Shown here one piece after another: positions 29,437 to 38,853 of a stretch of DNA of 64,000 bases. How positions within the stretch are numbered: position 1 is the stretch's first letter; each line of letters begins with the position of its first letter. Made by a program: the position numbers and the translations under genes. This DNA comes from Oligoflexales bacterium (GTDB lineage: Bacteria; Bdellovibrionota_B; Oligoflexia; Oligoflexales; Bog-1112), in NCBI GenBank assembly GCA_045106415.1, contig JBGCEP010000018.1:1-64000 (forward strand), in the 5' to 3' direction. The notes beneath the pieces were generated by a model, which was not told the origin of the DNA, ran no database searches, and was given only the letters and a program-made list of their open reading frames with translations.

Positions 29437-29877
29437 TCATAACTTTGCATATGTTTTCTCTCCATTCAAATAGACATCGAGTGTGTCCACACTGTGCTCA
29501 AGTTCTGTAATTTTTATACGCAGTCTAACATACGTGGTTTTGCCGGGCTCTAGCTGAACAGTCTTAGGAATATCGATCTTCACACCTCTATAGTGCGGCT
29601 TCGTATATGCTTGAAGATCTAGATTCACGGGATTGTGGCCATGCCATGTCACACCAACCTCTCGCTCTGCCAGGCCTCGCAGCATACGACCTTCTGGCGG
29701 CACAACAAACATAAGGCCCGATTCTTTCGAGGGGGGTGCCCACAACCTCAAGATTCGTTCTTGGTGCTGCTTCACATATTCAGCTCGCTGTGCATCCAGG
29801 TCTTGATCCAAAGATGTAAACCTGCCCAAGACTGCTGCAATAAACACACACCACAAAACTCCTAGAACAATCTTCAC
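29437..29877 (-). CDS. Membrane-anchored Ig-like protein, possibly Cox11/CtaG-related
   Basis: N-terminal TM; 4-bp overlap with the ctaAB stop; NP...VQLEPG...DTL pattern. Confidence 0.45.
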   Translation of the reverse strand: MKIVLGVLWCVFIAAVLGRFTSLDQDLDAQRAEYVKQHQERILRLWAPPSKESGLMFVVPPEGRMLRGLAEREVGVTWHGHNPVNLDLQAYTKPHYRGVKIDIPKTVQLEPGKTTYVRLRIKITELEHSVDTLDVYLNGEKTYAKL

Positions 29878-31640
29878 ATGATCCCCACCAAAAGGCGCTC
29901 AAGTGTTAAGACTCCAAAAACTCCAAAAGTATAAAAACAAGAATAGTGAAAAAAAGGCATCAAAGGCGCCGATGAGGTTGATTGAAGGAGAATCCACGCT
30001 TTCCAGATAAATATCAGCGTCAAAGCCATACTTCCCAAGAAAAATAAAGGGCCGTTATACCCAGCTAAAAACAAAATCACAGGCAGCAAAGAGAGCGTAT
30101 AAAGAAAAATCAATCGCCTTGTTTTCTCTTCTCCGTGAACAACAGGATACATCGGAATTCCTGCTTGCTTATAATCATCTTTATACTTGATCGCTAAAGA
30201 CCAAAAGTGAGGCGGAGTCCATAAAAAGATAATTGCAAACATCGCCCATGCCGGCCATGAGAGCTCACCTGTGATAGCAGCCCAGCCAATCAAAGGACCA
30301 ACAGCACCTGCAGCTCCACCAATGACAATATTCTGCACAGTCAATTTTTTTAAAATCATAGTGTAGATCAAAACATAAAAAAGATGCCCAGCCAGCGCAA
30401 CGCCAGCGGCTAATGACGTGGTTGTAAAATAAAGAAGAGACTCTCCTAACACAAGAAGTAAAAGCCCAAAACTTATTCCTATTTTTTCTGATACAACACC
30501 TGAAGGTATGCTACGACCACATGTTCTCTGCATTTGGCTGTCAACATCCATTTCAACAACTTGGTTAAAGACAGCAGCGGAAGCTGACGTCAAACCAGCC
30601 CCAATCAACGCGCCCCATAGAATCGTCAAAGTTGGGAAGTCTCCAGGTTCAAGAGCGAGTAACAAACCTGGAATCGTTGTCACAACAACTAAAAGAGTAA
30701 TTGTTGGCTTAGTCATCTGAAACAACGGACCTATTTTTTGAGATACCTTCAAAATATTCTCCTTTTGAAACCCGCACATTTGGCCGGTTGTTAACCATGC
30801 GTAAGTAAAAATCACAACACCGTTTGCAAAATGCAACACTGAAAGCGCGATAGGCAATTCATTGACAATAGTTAACCAGCCTAACAGACCCTGGATCAAC
30901 AGCAATGCAAAAATTCGACGAATGGCACGAGCAGCAAAGCTTTGAGAAGACTCTACCCAAAAAAGCCAAAGACTCATAGCAACTAATACAGCTGCAACAC
31001 CTCTATGCAAAAGATGTAAAACCATAGGCAAAGGCGTGGTTTCTAAGGGCCACCACAATCCTTGACAAGTCGGGAAATCAGGACAAGCAAGCCCCGCATG
31101 ACTAGTAGAGACAGCAGCTCCAAGAGTCAATTGAAACAAAACCAAAAATGAAAAAAACACCCATCCGCTCAGAGCCTGCGACGTTTGAGAAGAAAGTCTT
31201 TCTCGCCCTGACACCCAGAGGACAAGACTATAAAACAAGAGAGCATTCCCCAAATGCCATGTCACAATTCCAGGCTCTAATAATTTCAAAACAGTTAGAC
31301 CACCTAGAACGCATTGCCATAAAAACAAAAGACCTGCAGCAATTAAGCTTGATCGGTACTTTTTCCTTAAAAATATGGATGAGAATAAATTCCAGACCAG
31401 AGCACATAACATCCCACCCAGACATAGAGCAATTGCGCGATGAAACCACTCTAAAAAAATAAACCAATCCATAGCAGGAACCCATGCACCATAGCATTTC
31501 GGCCAGTCAGGACAGGCTAAACCCGCATTTGATGCTCGAACCAAAGAACCAACAACAATAAGTTCAAATGTTAAAACAGCAACCCAAAGGCTCTGTGTAC
31601 GAAATCTTTTCTGTAAAACTTCTTCTTGCTTTGCAGTCAT
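29874..31640 (-). CDS. Fused heme A synthase (CtaA) - protoheme IX farnesyltransferase (CtaB/CyoE)
   Basis: N-half GLACPDWPKC, EWFHR, GLACPDFPTC, HLLHR; C-half TKP, D.D..M.RT..R.IPSG, NIVIGGAAGA, WTPPHFWSLA. Confidence 0.92.
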   Translation of the reverse strand: MTAKQEEVLQKRFRTQSLWVAVLTFELIVVGSLVRASNAGLACPDWPKCYGAWVPAMDWFIFLEWFHRAIALCLGGMLCALVWNLFSSIFLRKKYRSSLIAAGLLFLWQCVLGGLTVLKLLEPGIVTWHLGNALLFYSLVLWVSGRERLSSQTSQALSGWVFFSFLVLFQLTLGAAVSTSHAGLACPDFPTCQGLWWPLETTPLPMVLHLLHRGVAAVLVAMSLWLFWVESSQSFAARAIRRIFALLLIQGLLGWLTIVNELPIALSVLHFANGVVIFTYAWLTTGQMCGFQKENILKVSQKIGPLFQMTKPTITLLVVVTTIPGLLLALEPGDFPTLTILWGALIGAGLTSASAAVFNQVVEMDVDSQMQRTCGRSIPSGVVSEKIGISFGLLLLVLGESLLYFTTTSLAAGVALAGHLFYVLIYTMILKKLTVQNIVIGGAAGAVGPLIGWAAITGELSWPAWAMFAIIFLWTPPHFWSLAIKYKDDYKQAGIPMYPVVHGEEKTRRLIFLYTLSLLPVILFLAGYNGPLFFLGSMALTLIFIWKAWILLQSTSSAPLMPFFHYSCFYTFGVFGVLTLERLLVGIM

Positions 31641-31770
31641 ACTGCCCCCTTTGCGCCAGTATTCTCTTTTAAACGCGTTCACTAAGCAAAGCAAGAATAG
31701 GTTCTATATTTCAAAAAAAAATCCAGTAATTGCTAACAACTACTGGATCAAAAAATGGCAATTTAAAATT

Positions 31771-31914
31771 TTATGGAAAACGGGTCGTCCACCCCATCCA
31801 AATTGGAAAAAAGACACAAAAATAAAAAAGCGCTGGGAAAAGCAAAATACAAGAGGCAATAGAAAGCCAACCGATCATTTCTCGACGCATGTCACGAGTT
31901 ACCTTGTTCTTCAT
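31771..31914 (-). CDS. Small single-TM protein (47 aa)
   Basis: MKNKVTRDMRREMIGWLSIASCILLFPALFYFCVFFPIWMGWTTRFP; ggag RBS; fills the slt-ctaAB gap. Confidence 0.5.
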   Translation of the reverse strand: MKNKVTRDMRREMIGWLSIASCILLFPALFYFCVFFPIWMGWTTRFP

Positions 31915-31927
31915 GTCCATCTCCACG

Positions 31928-34105
31928 TTATATATGTCGTTCTCTAAGGGGCCGCTCTGCTCGCGCTCTTTGTCGACGCGCTCGCTTAACTTTTCTCTTA
32001 TCAAGAGAAAGTTGAGGCAAATGCTTCTGATAAACTTCTTGATTCCTCCAGACAGCCATAGCATAGCTTCTGGTTTCTCCAAAAGGTATCAGTTCAAGCC
32101 ATGTGAGAATATCATGATGCGCTCTATGTTTCAGCCATGTATCCACAGCCAGCTCTCCAGCGTTATATGCAGCAAAAACATGAGGCCATTGTTTATAACG
32201 TTTCTTCAAACTCTCCACATAAAGAGCTCCGAGTTGAATATTTCGATCTGGTTCTAACAGTTTTTGTGCGAGCTCATGATCTTGCAGCGTAGAATTTGAA
32301 ATCGATCTTGCTGTAGGCAAAGTCAATTGCATAAGCCCAAAAGCATTAGCAGGACTCACAGCTTTTGAATCAAAAGCGCTTTCTTGTCTCGCTATTGCCA
32401 AAAGCGTTGCCGTTGGAACTGATAATGCATCAACATTTGATTGCCCCCATCTATGGAAAAAAGGCCGTGGAAAAAACACGGATATCTGGTCTGGCCATGT
32501 TTGCCAAAATCCTCGCCTTATCCCTGAAAGGTCGGCATTTAAAGAAATCGCTTGCCGAAAATTCCCTGCTCGAAAATGCAGCCGCGATAAATGAACATAC
32601 TCTGTCATAAAACGCCCCACTCCGAACCTCTTCCTGATTCGACGATCACACTCTTTAATGTGAGGCTTTGCAACATCAAGCAAACCAGCCTGCAGCAATA
32701 ATTGAGATTTTTTCCACAAAGGGCCTACCCAACTATGATTAGACAAAGTTTTTTCACCACCTTTTAACTCGCGCAACGGACTCACAGCAACAGGCAGAGG
32801 GCTTGATGCAAACCCTGCCTCTTTCAAAGCCACGACATGATAAAAGCTAAATGGTGACTCTTCGGCCAACATTGTGCGATAACGTTGAGAGTCTTTATAT
32901 AATTTCAATTGATGCGACACACGAGATAACCAAAACAAAATTTTCGGGCGAATCTTGCTTTTTCGCGGAACAACCTTCATAAGAGGCGTCCAAGACTGCA
33001 ACGCTTGTTGCGGCTTATCACTCAAATAATATAGAAGACCCTCATACCACTGAAACCTTTGCTTCCAAGACTGTGGTAACCCAGCCCAATTTTGACTAAT
33101 AAGCTGAGCACCTTCTAAGTACTTTTGCTGCCCAACGGCAATCCGAAAACTCCGGATATGCAATGCTTCTGCTGCCAAATCTCTTAGTTTGCGTTTACGT
33201 TTGGCTGTATCCATTTTCTTTTTTGCATATTTGATCTGTGCTTCTGTCTTAAGGATAATGTCATGAGCTCGATCATAATGCCCAATAAAACTATGGTAGC
33301 GAGCAGCCCATAGATGATCATCAATTTTTTTCAAAAGATCTTTAGCTAATGTCGGCTTCAAATATGTCCAAGCCTTCAAAAGTTGATCATAAGTTGTCCA
33401 CACTGAAGATCTTTGCCCCAGCTGCCTTTGCGTCACAGCCAACTGCCTCAAAACAACAACCCTCATTGCTCTGCTCAGAGAAGGATCAACAACAAAGCTA
33501 CGCATCTGCGTCTCAAAATATTCAATCGATTCGCATCTTTTCTGAAGAAGACCCCAATATCGAATTTGCTCCTTTGAAAGACCGCTCTGCCACTGAGACC
33601 AGAGACTTTTAGCTTCTCCTTGATTTTGGCACCATAATGTTGCAGCTCTATGCAAAGAAGGTTCCGACCAAGGGCTTGGTATCTTATTGACTGCTTTGTG
33701 CTCAGAAAACACACCTTTATGAGCCAAAAATTCACGCAATTTTTTAATACTTGTCAGCTTTCGAGAACGCATAAAAGGACTCAAAGAACCTTGTTTTGTT
33801 CGCGACAGCATCTCAACGACAACTTGATCGGCTGTCATCGTCTTACTAAGCCACTCCCCCCACTCTTGAAGCACGAGCGGAGCTAAAGGTTTTTGAGCCT
33901 GAGAAGCAGCTTGAACCCACAGCGCTCCAGCTTTAGGGGCTTGTGCCTGGCGCGCTTTAAAGAGATCTCGCACATCGTCAACAAGAGCTCCTGTCGACGT
34001 CCCAGGAGGAGCTATATGATTCAGGCTCCTTAACTCATCAGACATTGCCATGACAAAAGAGCAGCAACCCCAGACAAGAACGCAGATTCCAAATCTTTGC
34101 AACAT
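31928..34105 (-). CDS. Soluble lytic transglycosylase (Slt70-like, TPR superhelix + GH23 domain)
   Basis: AIARQESAF, AFGLMQL, AAYNAG, IPFGETRSY. Confidence 0.92.
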   Translation of the reverse strand: MLQRFGICVLVWGCCSFVMAMSDELRSLNHIAPPGTSTGALVDDVRDLFKARQAQAPKAGALWVQAASQAQKPLAPLVLQEWGEWLSKTMTADQVVVEMLSRTKQGSLSPFMRSRKLTSIKKLREFLAHKGVFSEHKAVNKIPSPWSEPSLHRAATLWCQNQGEAKSLWSQWQSGLSKEQIRYWGLLQKRCESIEYFETQMRSFVVDPSLSRAMRVVVLRQLAVTQRQLGQRSSVWTTYDQLLKAWTYLKPTLAKDLLKKIDDHLWAARYHSFIGHYDRAHDIILKTEAQIKYAKKKMDTAKRKRKLRDLAAEALHIRSFRIAVGQQKYLEGAQLISQNWAGLPQSWKQRFQWYEGLLYYLSDKPQQALQSWTPLMKVVPRKSKIRPKILFWLSRVSHQLKLYKDSQRYRTMLAEESPFSFYHVVALKEAGFASSPLPVAVSPLRELKGGEKTLSNHSWVGPLWKKSQLLLQAGLLDVAKPHIKECDRRIRKRFGVGRFMTEYVHLSRLHFRAGNFRQAISLNADLSGIRRGFWQTWPDQISVFFPRPFFHRWGQSNVDALSVPTATLLAIARQESAFDSKAVSPANAFGLMQLTLPTARSISNSTLQDHELAQKLLEPDRNIQLGALYVESLKKRYKQWPHVFAAYNAGELAVDTWLKHRAHHDILTWLELIPFGETRSYAMAVWRNQEVYQKHLPQLSLDKRKVKRARRQRARAERPLRERHI

Positions 34106-34387
34106 ATCACCTCCAATGTCTTTCAGTATAACCGGCAATGTGTTTTTCCTAAATCAACTCTCACACATTTCTATACCTTCTTTTTATGAGAGACATTCAA
34201 AAAGAAATTCTCTTGACTTCAGACACAAGATATCACAGTCTTCGATACGTTTAATGGCTTGCCATACCGCAGCCATAAGCACGAGCACAGCCGCCTCTAA
34301 GCACAAGCGACGAAACGGCATCGACCTTCAGAGAAATGTTCAGTAATATAGTTTCACCCCTAAATGGGTGAAAAACAGGAGAATCCT

Positions 34388-34711
34388 ATGAGCCAAACAA
34401 TTAGCATCAATGACAAAGATTTTGATCAATCTGTTCTTAAATCTGAAAAACCCGTTCTCGTGGACTTTTGGGCACCGTGGTGTGGACCTTGTGTTGCTCT
34501 AGCGCCAACACTCGAAGAAGCTGCGAAAGAGTATGGAGACAATCTCACAATTGCAAAACTCAACGTTGAAGAAAACACAGACACTCCTGTTTCTTACGGA
34601 GTCCGTTCAATTCCGTACCTTGTTCTCTTTAAAAATGGTGAGGTTGTGACAACTCATTCTGGCAACCTAACAAAAGCACAACTTAAAGAGCTTATCGACA
34701 ATGCTTTGTAA
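34388..34711 (+). CDS. trxA: Thioredoxin
   Basis: VDFWAPWCGPC, VRSIP. Confidence 0.96.
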   Translation: MSQTISINDKDFDQSVLKSEKPVLVDFWAPWCGPCVALAPTLEEAAKEYGDNLTIAKLNVEENTDTPVSYGVRSIPYLVLFKNGEVVTTHSGNLTKAQLKELIDNAL

Positions 34712-34755
34712 AAATATAAAGACTTGCAAGCCTTGAGTGCTCACGCAACATCAAC

Positions 34756-34779
34756 GCACACCACACCCAAGTGGTGTGC
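34756..34779 (+). terminator. Hairpin after trxA
   Basis: gcacaccac-acccaa-gtggtgtgc; weak U tract. Confidence 0.4.
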
Positions 34780-34809
34780 TCCTCCCTACTCCATTAGACT
34801 GAGGCCTGC

Positions 34810-35439
34810 ATGACAGAACCACGTGGGAAGCTTGAATACGAGCTTCTCAATAACCACACATATCTATGCGGAACAGATGAAGTTGGAAGAGGCTGCTTAG
34901 CTGGGCCAACCCATGGAGCTGCTGTCATTCTCGACTATCAAAAACTAGCTAGCCTTGATGAATCAGAAAAAAAACTCATCCGAGACTCAAAAAAGCTATC
35001 TTCAAAACAGCGCCAAAAAATAATACCGGTCATCAAGGATATTGCAATTGCATGGGCTATAGGCTCTGCATCTGCTCGGGAAATCGAAACCCTTGGTCTC
35101 AATCCTGCTATTTTCACAGCAATCCATCGCTCCATCTCTGCACTGAGTCACTCATTTGATTGCTTGCTTATGGACGGAAAACAAAAAGTTCCTGGAATAG
35201 AGCAGAAACAAATCACCGTTATCGGTGGAGACCACAGCTGCTACAGTATTGCCGCTGCATCCATCCTCGCAAAAGAAGCTCGTGACACATATATGCAAGA
35301 AGCGGCTGTCCTCTACCCAGAATATGGCTTTGAAGCTCACGTAGGGTATGGCACAAAAAAACACACAGACGCCATGGAAAAACATGGAATCTGTGTGTTG
35401 CATCGCAGAAACTTTCGCCCTGTTCAGCGTTACCTCTAA
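34810..35439 (+). CDS. rnhB: Ribonuclease HII
   Basis: GTDEVGRGCLAGP, DSKKLS, DG, SIAAASILAK, HVGYGT. Confidence 0.96.
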   Translation: MTEPRGKLEYELLNNHTYLCGTDEVGRGCLAGPTHGAAVILDYQKLASLDESEKKLIRDSKKLSSKQRQKIIPVIKDIAIAWAIGSASAREIETLGLNPAIFTAIHRSISALSHSFDCLLMDGKQKVPGIEQKQITVIGGDHSCYSIAAASILAKEARDTYMQEAAVLYPEYGFEAHVGYGTKKHTDAMEKHGICVLHRRNFRPVQRYL

Positions 35440-35479
35440 GAGGTAACGTCTTCACAAATCAATCATTTCAACCTAAAAC

Positions 35480-35899
35480 TTAAGATTCAACCGCTTGAGT
35501 TGTCATCTGAGTTCCAGCAGGAAGACGACGAGTTTTAATACGCGCAGACTTTCCTGAGCGTTCACGTAAGAAGAACAAACGAGAACGGCGAACTGAACCA
35601 CCAGCAATCAAATCGATGCGTTCAATGTGTGGTGAACAAAGTGGAATGACACGCTCAACACCAACACCATTAGCACCAACACGGCGAACAGTAAAAGTAC
35701 TATCAATAGTACCTTTTCTGAATCGAATACAAACCCCTTCAAAGGCTTGAATACGGAATTTTTTCTCACCGTCTTTGGTTTTTGTTCCTTCTTCAACCTT
35801 GTAGTGAACACGAACCGTGTCACCTGGGCGGAAATCAGGGTGTTGCTTTGTCTTCGCGAAGACTTGCTCTTCAAAATCTGTAATCAGTTTATTTTTCAT
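35480..35899 (-). CDS. rplS: 50S ribosomal protein L19
   Basis: [42 protein letters not shown]. Confidence 0.97.
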   Translation of the reverse strand: MKNKLITDFEEQVFAKTKQHPDFRPGDTVRVHYKVEEGTKTKDGEKKFRIQAFEGVCIRFRKGTIDSTFTVRRVGANGVGVERVIPLCSPHIERIDLIAGGSVRRSRLFFLRERSGKSARIKTRRLPAGTQMTTQAVES

Positions 35900-36229
35900 A
35901 CTCTCCTCAGCACCTGGCACACGTCAGGACAACACTGATTACCTCACATTAGTAACATTCGTCAACCAAATTCCGTTGGAAACAGTTGAGAACGCCAAAT
36001 ATAAGGCTTTCAAAAATCTATATTGACTCGCTCAAAAAGTGAGACTTTAACTTTTTTGGTCAAAAGCTCATTAAATCTGAACTAACTCTTCCACCTAAAA
36101 GTCTGATGACTTATATTGCAAAGGAATCCGCTGTGTCAACCAAACTTCGCGACTCTTTGATCCTGACCGTATCAAATCAGGTCGAAGCAGTCACTTACGA
36201 GAACCTTCTCTGTCACAGCACACATCATC

Positions 36230-37411
36230 ATGAGGCATGCAGTCATGAATATTGAAATCCACGATCTTATTCAACAGCGTAAACCGATATCACTAGCGCA
36301 AGCTCAAGAACTTTGGCACCGCGCAAGCGACCAAGAGCTACAAGCACTCGCTACCATGGTCAAAAGCCGTTATCACAAAACCCAAGAAGCTACTTGGCTT
36401 ATCATGGCCATCTTAAACTACACTAACATCTGTGTAGCAGGATGTGATTACTGCTCTTTTTATAAATACCCTCATCAAAAAGGGGGCTACCTACTCAGTG
36501 AAGCCCAACTTGATGAAAAAATCGAAGAAGCTGTGCAGCTAGGTTGCCAGATGATCGGCTTCAACGGTGGTTTTCATCCAAAACTTCACATGAAAGATTA
36601 CGCTGAACGTTTTGCTCATATTCATCAAAAATGGCCAGGACTCACCTTCTATGAAATGACCGTTGCTGAGTTTATTTTTTGCTGTAAAGTTTCAAAAATC
36701 AGCTGGGAAGAAGGAGCTCAAATCCTCCAAGAAGCAGGTACACAATGGGTCACAGGTGGAGGAGCCGAAGTTCTATCTCCAGCCTTTAGAAAACGTCACA
36801 GTCCCGGCAAAGGCAGCGTTGATGAATACTTTGCGGCTCAACAAACCCTGTTAAATCAAGGCCTCGGCACAACAGCTACTATGGTCATAGGCTTTGACGA
36901 AACCCTTGAAGAGCGCTTCGACCACTTAAGCCGCTTAAGATCATTCCAAGACACTCAAACCTTTAAAATTCCCAGCTTTTTATGCTGGACCTATAAGCCC
37001 TGGAACAACGAATTCGGGGGAAAAGAGATCAGCACCCAAGAATATCTCCGTTGGCTTGCAATTTGTCGAATTTATTTAGACAACATTCCTCATATCAGAA
37101 CTTCTGTTCTCACAAGAAATGAACAAGCTCTCCACGGTCTTCACTATGGCGCTGACGATTTTGACCTCCCAACAGAAGATGAGGTCACACGTAAAGCAGG
37201 AGCTGTTATCCGCCACGAATTCGAAGATATCTTAAAAGCCGCTCCTAAGGAGTTTCACTTATCTCGCCGAGGGCCTTGGAGTCGTCCTCAACTTCTTGGT
37301 CAGGAGGAATCCAACTATGCCGACAGACAACCAGACTTGGGTTCAACTCTACCACCTTTGTCAAAGCTTCTGCATGTAACAGAGAGTAACAATCACCACC
37401 GAGATAAATGA
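36230..37411 (+). CDS. mqnC: CofH/MqnC-family radical SAM protein (probable cyclic dehypoxanthinyl futalosine synthase)
   Basis: NYTNICVAGCDYCSF, GGFHP, GGGAEVL, ETLEER..HL..LR..QD, YLR.LAI.RIYLDNIPHI. Confidence 0.7.
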   Translation: MRHAVMNIEIHDLIQQRKPISLAQAQELWHRASDQELQALATMVKSRYHKTQEATWLIMAILNYTNICVAGCDYCSFYKYPHQKGGYLLSEAQLDEKIEEAVQLGCQMIGFNGGFHPKLHMKDYAERFAHIHQKWPGLTFYEMTVAEFIFCCKVSKISWEEGAQILQEAGTQWVTGGGAEVLSPAFRKRHSPGKGSVDEYFAAQQTLLNQGLGTTATMVIGFDETLEERFDHLSRLRSFQDTQTFKIPSFLCWTYKPWNNEFGGKEISTQEYLRWLAICRIYLDNIPHIRTSVLTRNEQALHGLHYGADDFDLPTEDEVTRKAGAVIRHEFEDILKAAPKEFHLSRRGPWSRPQLLGQEESNYADRQPDLGSTLPPLSKLLHVTESNNHHRDK

Positions 37412-37772
37412 TTGCTGCATAGCCACGAGCCAATAGCTCTCGCTGTTGGTTTGTGACCTGAATATGCTTAATACTTTTATCAACCGCGAAATAATAAAAG
37501 ATAGGACCGGGGCGGTCGAGAATATTCTGAGAGTGAGCAATATCAACAGCGCGAGCAAGTTGTTCCCTTGCTTTCTTTTCTTCTTCTAGACGGCGGTTGA
37601 GCTCCTGTACGCGTAACTTCTCCACGTCTTTTTGAGCTTGAATCACCTGCTGAATCTTCTGGGTATCGTCGTGTCCCTTTTTTTTATCTAGCCGTGCTTC
37701 AATTCGTGCTTTTTTCGCCTGTTTTTTAGTCACCACGCCTTTTTTCAGAAGTTGATCGCGTAAACTACTCAT
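37245..37772 (-). CDS. DUF2058 family protein
   Basis: MSSLRDQLLKKG.VTKKQAK, ELNR, YYF...IK.I.V. Confidence 0.75.
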   Translation of the reverse strand: MSSLRDQLLKKGVVTKKQAKKARIEARLDKKKGHDDTQKIQQVIQAQKDVEKLRVQELNRRLEEEKKAREQLARAVDIAHSQNILDRPGPIFYYFAVDKSIKHIQVTNQQRELLARGYAAIIYLGGDCYSLLHAEALTKVVELNPSLVVCRHSWIPPDQEVEDDSKALGEISETP

Positions 37773-37916
37773 GAACACCTCCCGTTAAACACGTCACATA
37801 TGCGGCTCTCTCCCGCTTGTCGTCAATTTTGACCACAAAACAAACGCAGATGATCGACCAACTGCATGAAGAAGTCAATCGCAGTCTCACTCTAACCATA
37901 AAAACAAAAACAAATG

Positions 37917-38213
37917 TCAAGAAGCTTGCTGATTCACGCCATCATCTATCACATCCAAGACTTCAACCAGATGATACCCAAACCCTGTATGAATAGGCCC
38001 TAAAAAATCACCTGCTTCAAGGGATGAATCTTTTAAAAAACCAGAAGATTCAGGATCAAACCATTCGAGGCAGCCTCCACGAGCACCACTCGGGCATGTT
38101 GAATACTGTTGAGCTAAATCTTCAAAATAACGACCCGCATCTAATTCAAGGCGAATACTCTGAAGTAAAATCAGGCTATCCACTTGAATATGCCGCACTC
38201 GAACTTGCTGCAT
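37917..38213 (-). CDS. ppiC: Parvulin-type peptidyl-prolyl isomerase
   Basis: VRHIQV, FEDLAQQYSTCPSGARGG.L, GPIHTGFGYHLVEV. Confidence 0.85.
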   Translation of the reverse strand: MQQVRVRHIQVDSLILLQSIRLELDAGRYFEDLAQQYSTCPSGARGGCLEWFDPESSGFLKDSSLEAGDFLGPIHTGFGYHLVEVLDVIDDGVNQQAS

Positions 38214-38853
38214 ACAACACCTTTAAATTTTTTTGATCCAAGATGTAATCTATCTCATAGTCGATTCAAAGGTCCAGCTTAACCGCTGTTTCGAACTTAC
38301 TTAAATCTGTCTACGCAGATTTAAAATCAAATTATTGCTTCAACAGAAACGAGTACTGCACAAAAAGGTGATCTTTGTGCATCAAGGCTAAAGACTCAAG
38401 CCACCCACTAAAACGGTCCTAATATTTTTGAAGGCCTTTTTTCTTATCATTAAGGCTGCTTCCTAGGTCAGAAACAACTTCATAAAATGAAAATTCGTTT
38501 GTATTTAAACCTGCTTCTCATTGCCTCGCTTACCGAGCAAAGCTCTGCTTTTGCTCTGATGAGACGACGCACGCCGACTTGAGACAGGTTTTTAAAGATC
38601 GCTGTTTTCTGCCAACAGGTTTCAAAATTTCTAGATCATCATACCTACGATGGCATTTGGTGTTTTGCAGGAGAATGCGAAAGTTCTTCTTTCTCCCACC
38701 CACGAAGACTTGAGACAACCCCACCTAAAAAGATGCTGTCGCCGGTAAGTATAAAAAATACATCATTCCCAACCGCCAAAAATCTTTTTTGATTTTAGAT
38801 ATTTACCAAACCTCATTCGCAGGAGTCATCATTGAGTTTTTAATGTCACACTG

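Noticed and set aside
34050..34346. 98-aa plus-strand ORF, considered as ribosomal protein S20
   Set aside because: No S20 motifs; overlaps the slt start and promoter region.
35900..36229. tRNA or riboswitch between rplS and mqnC
   Set aside because: No cloverleaf, T-loop or recognisable aptamer.
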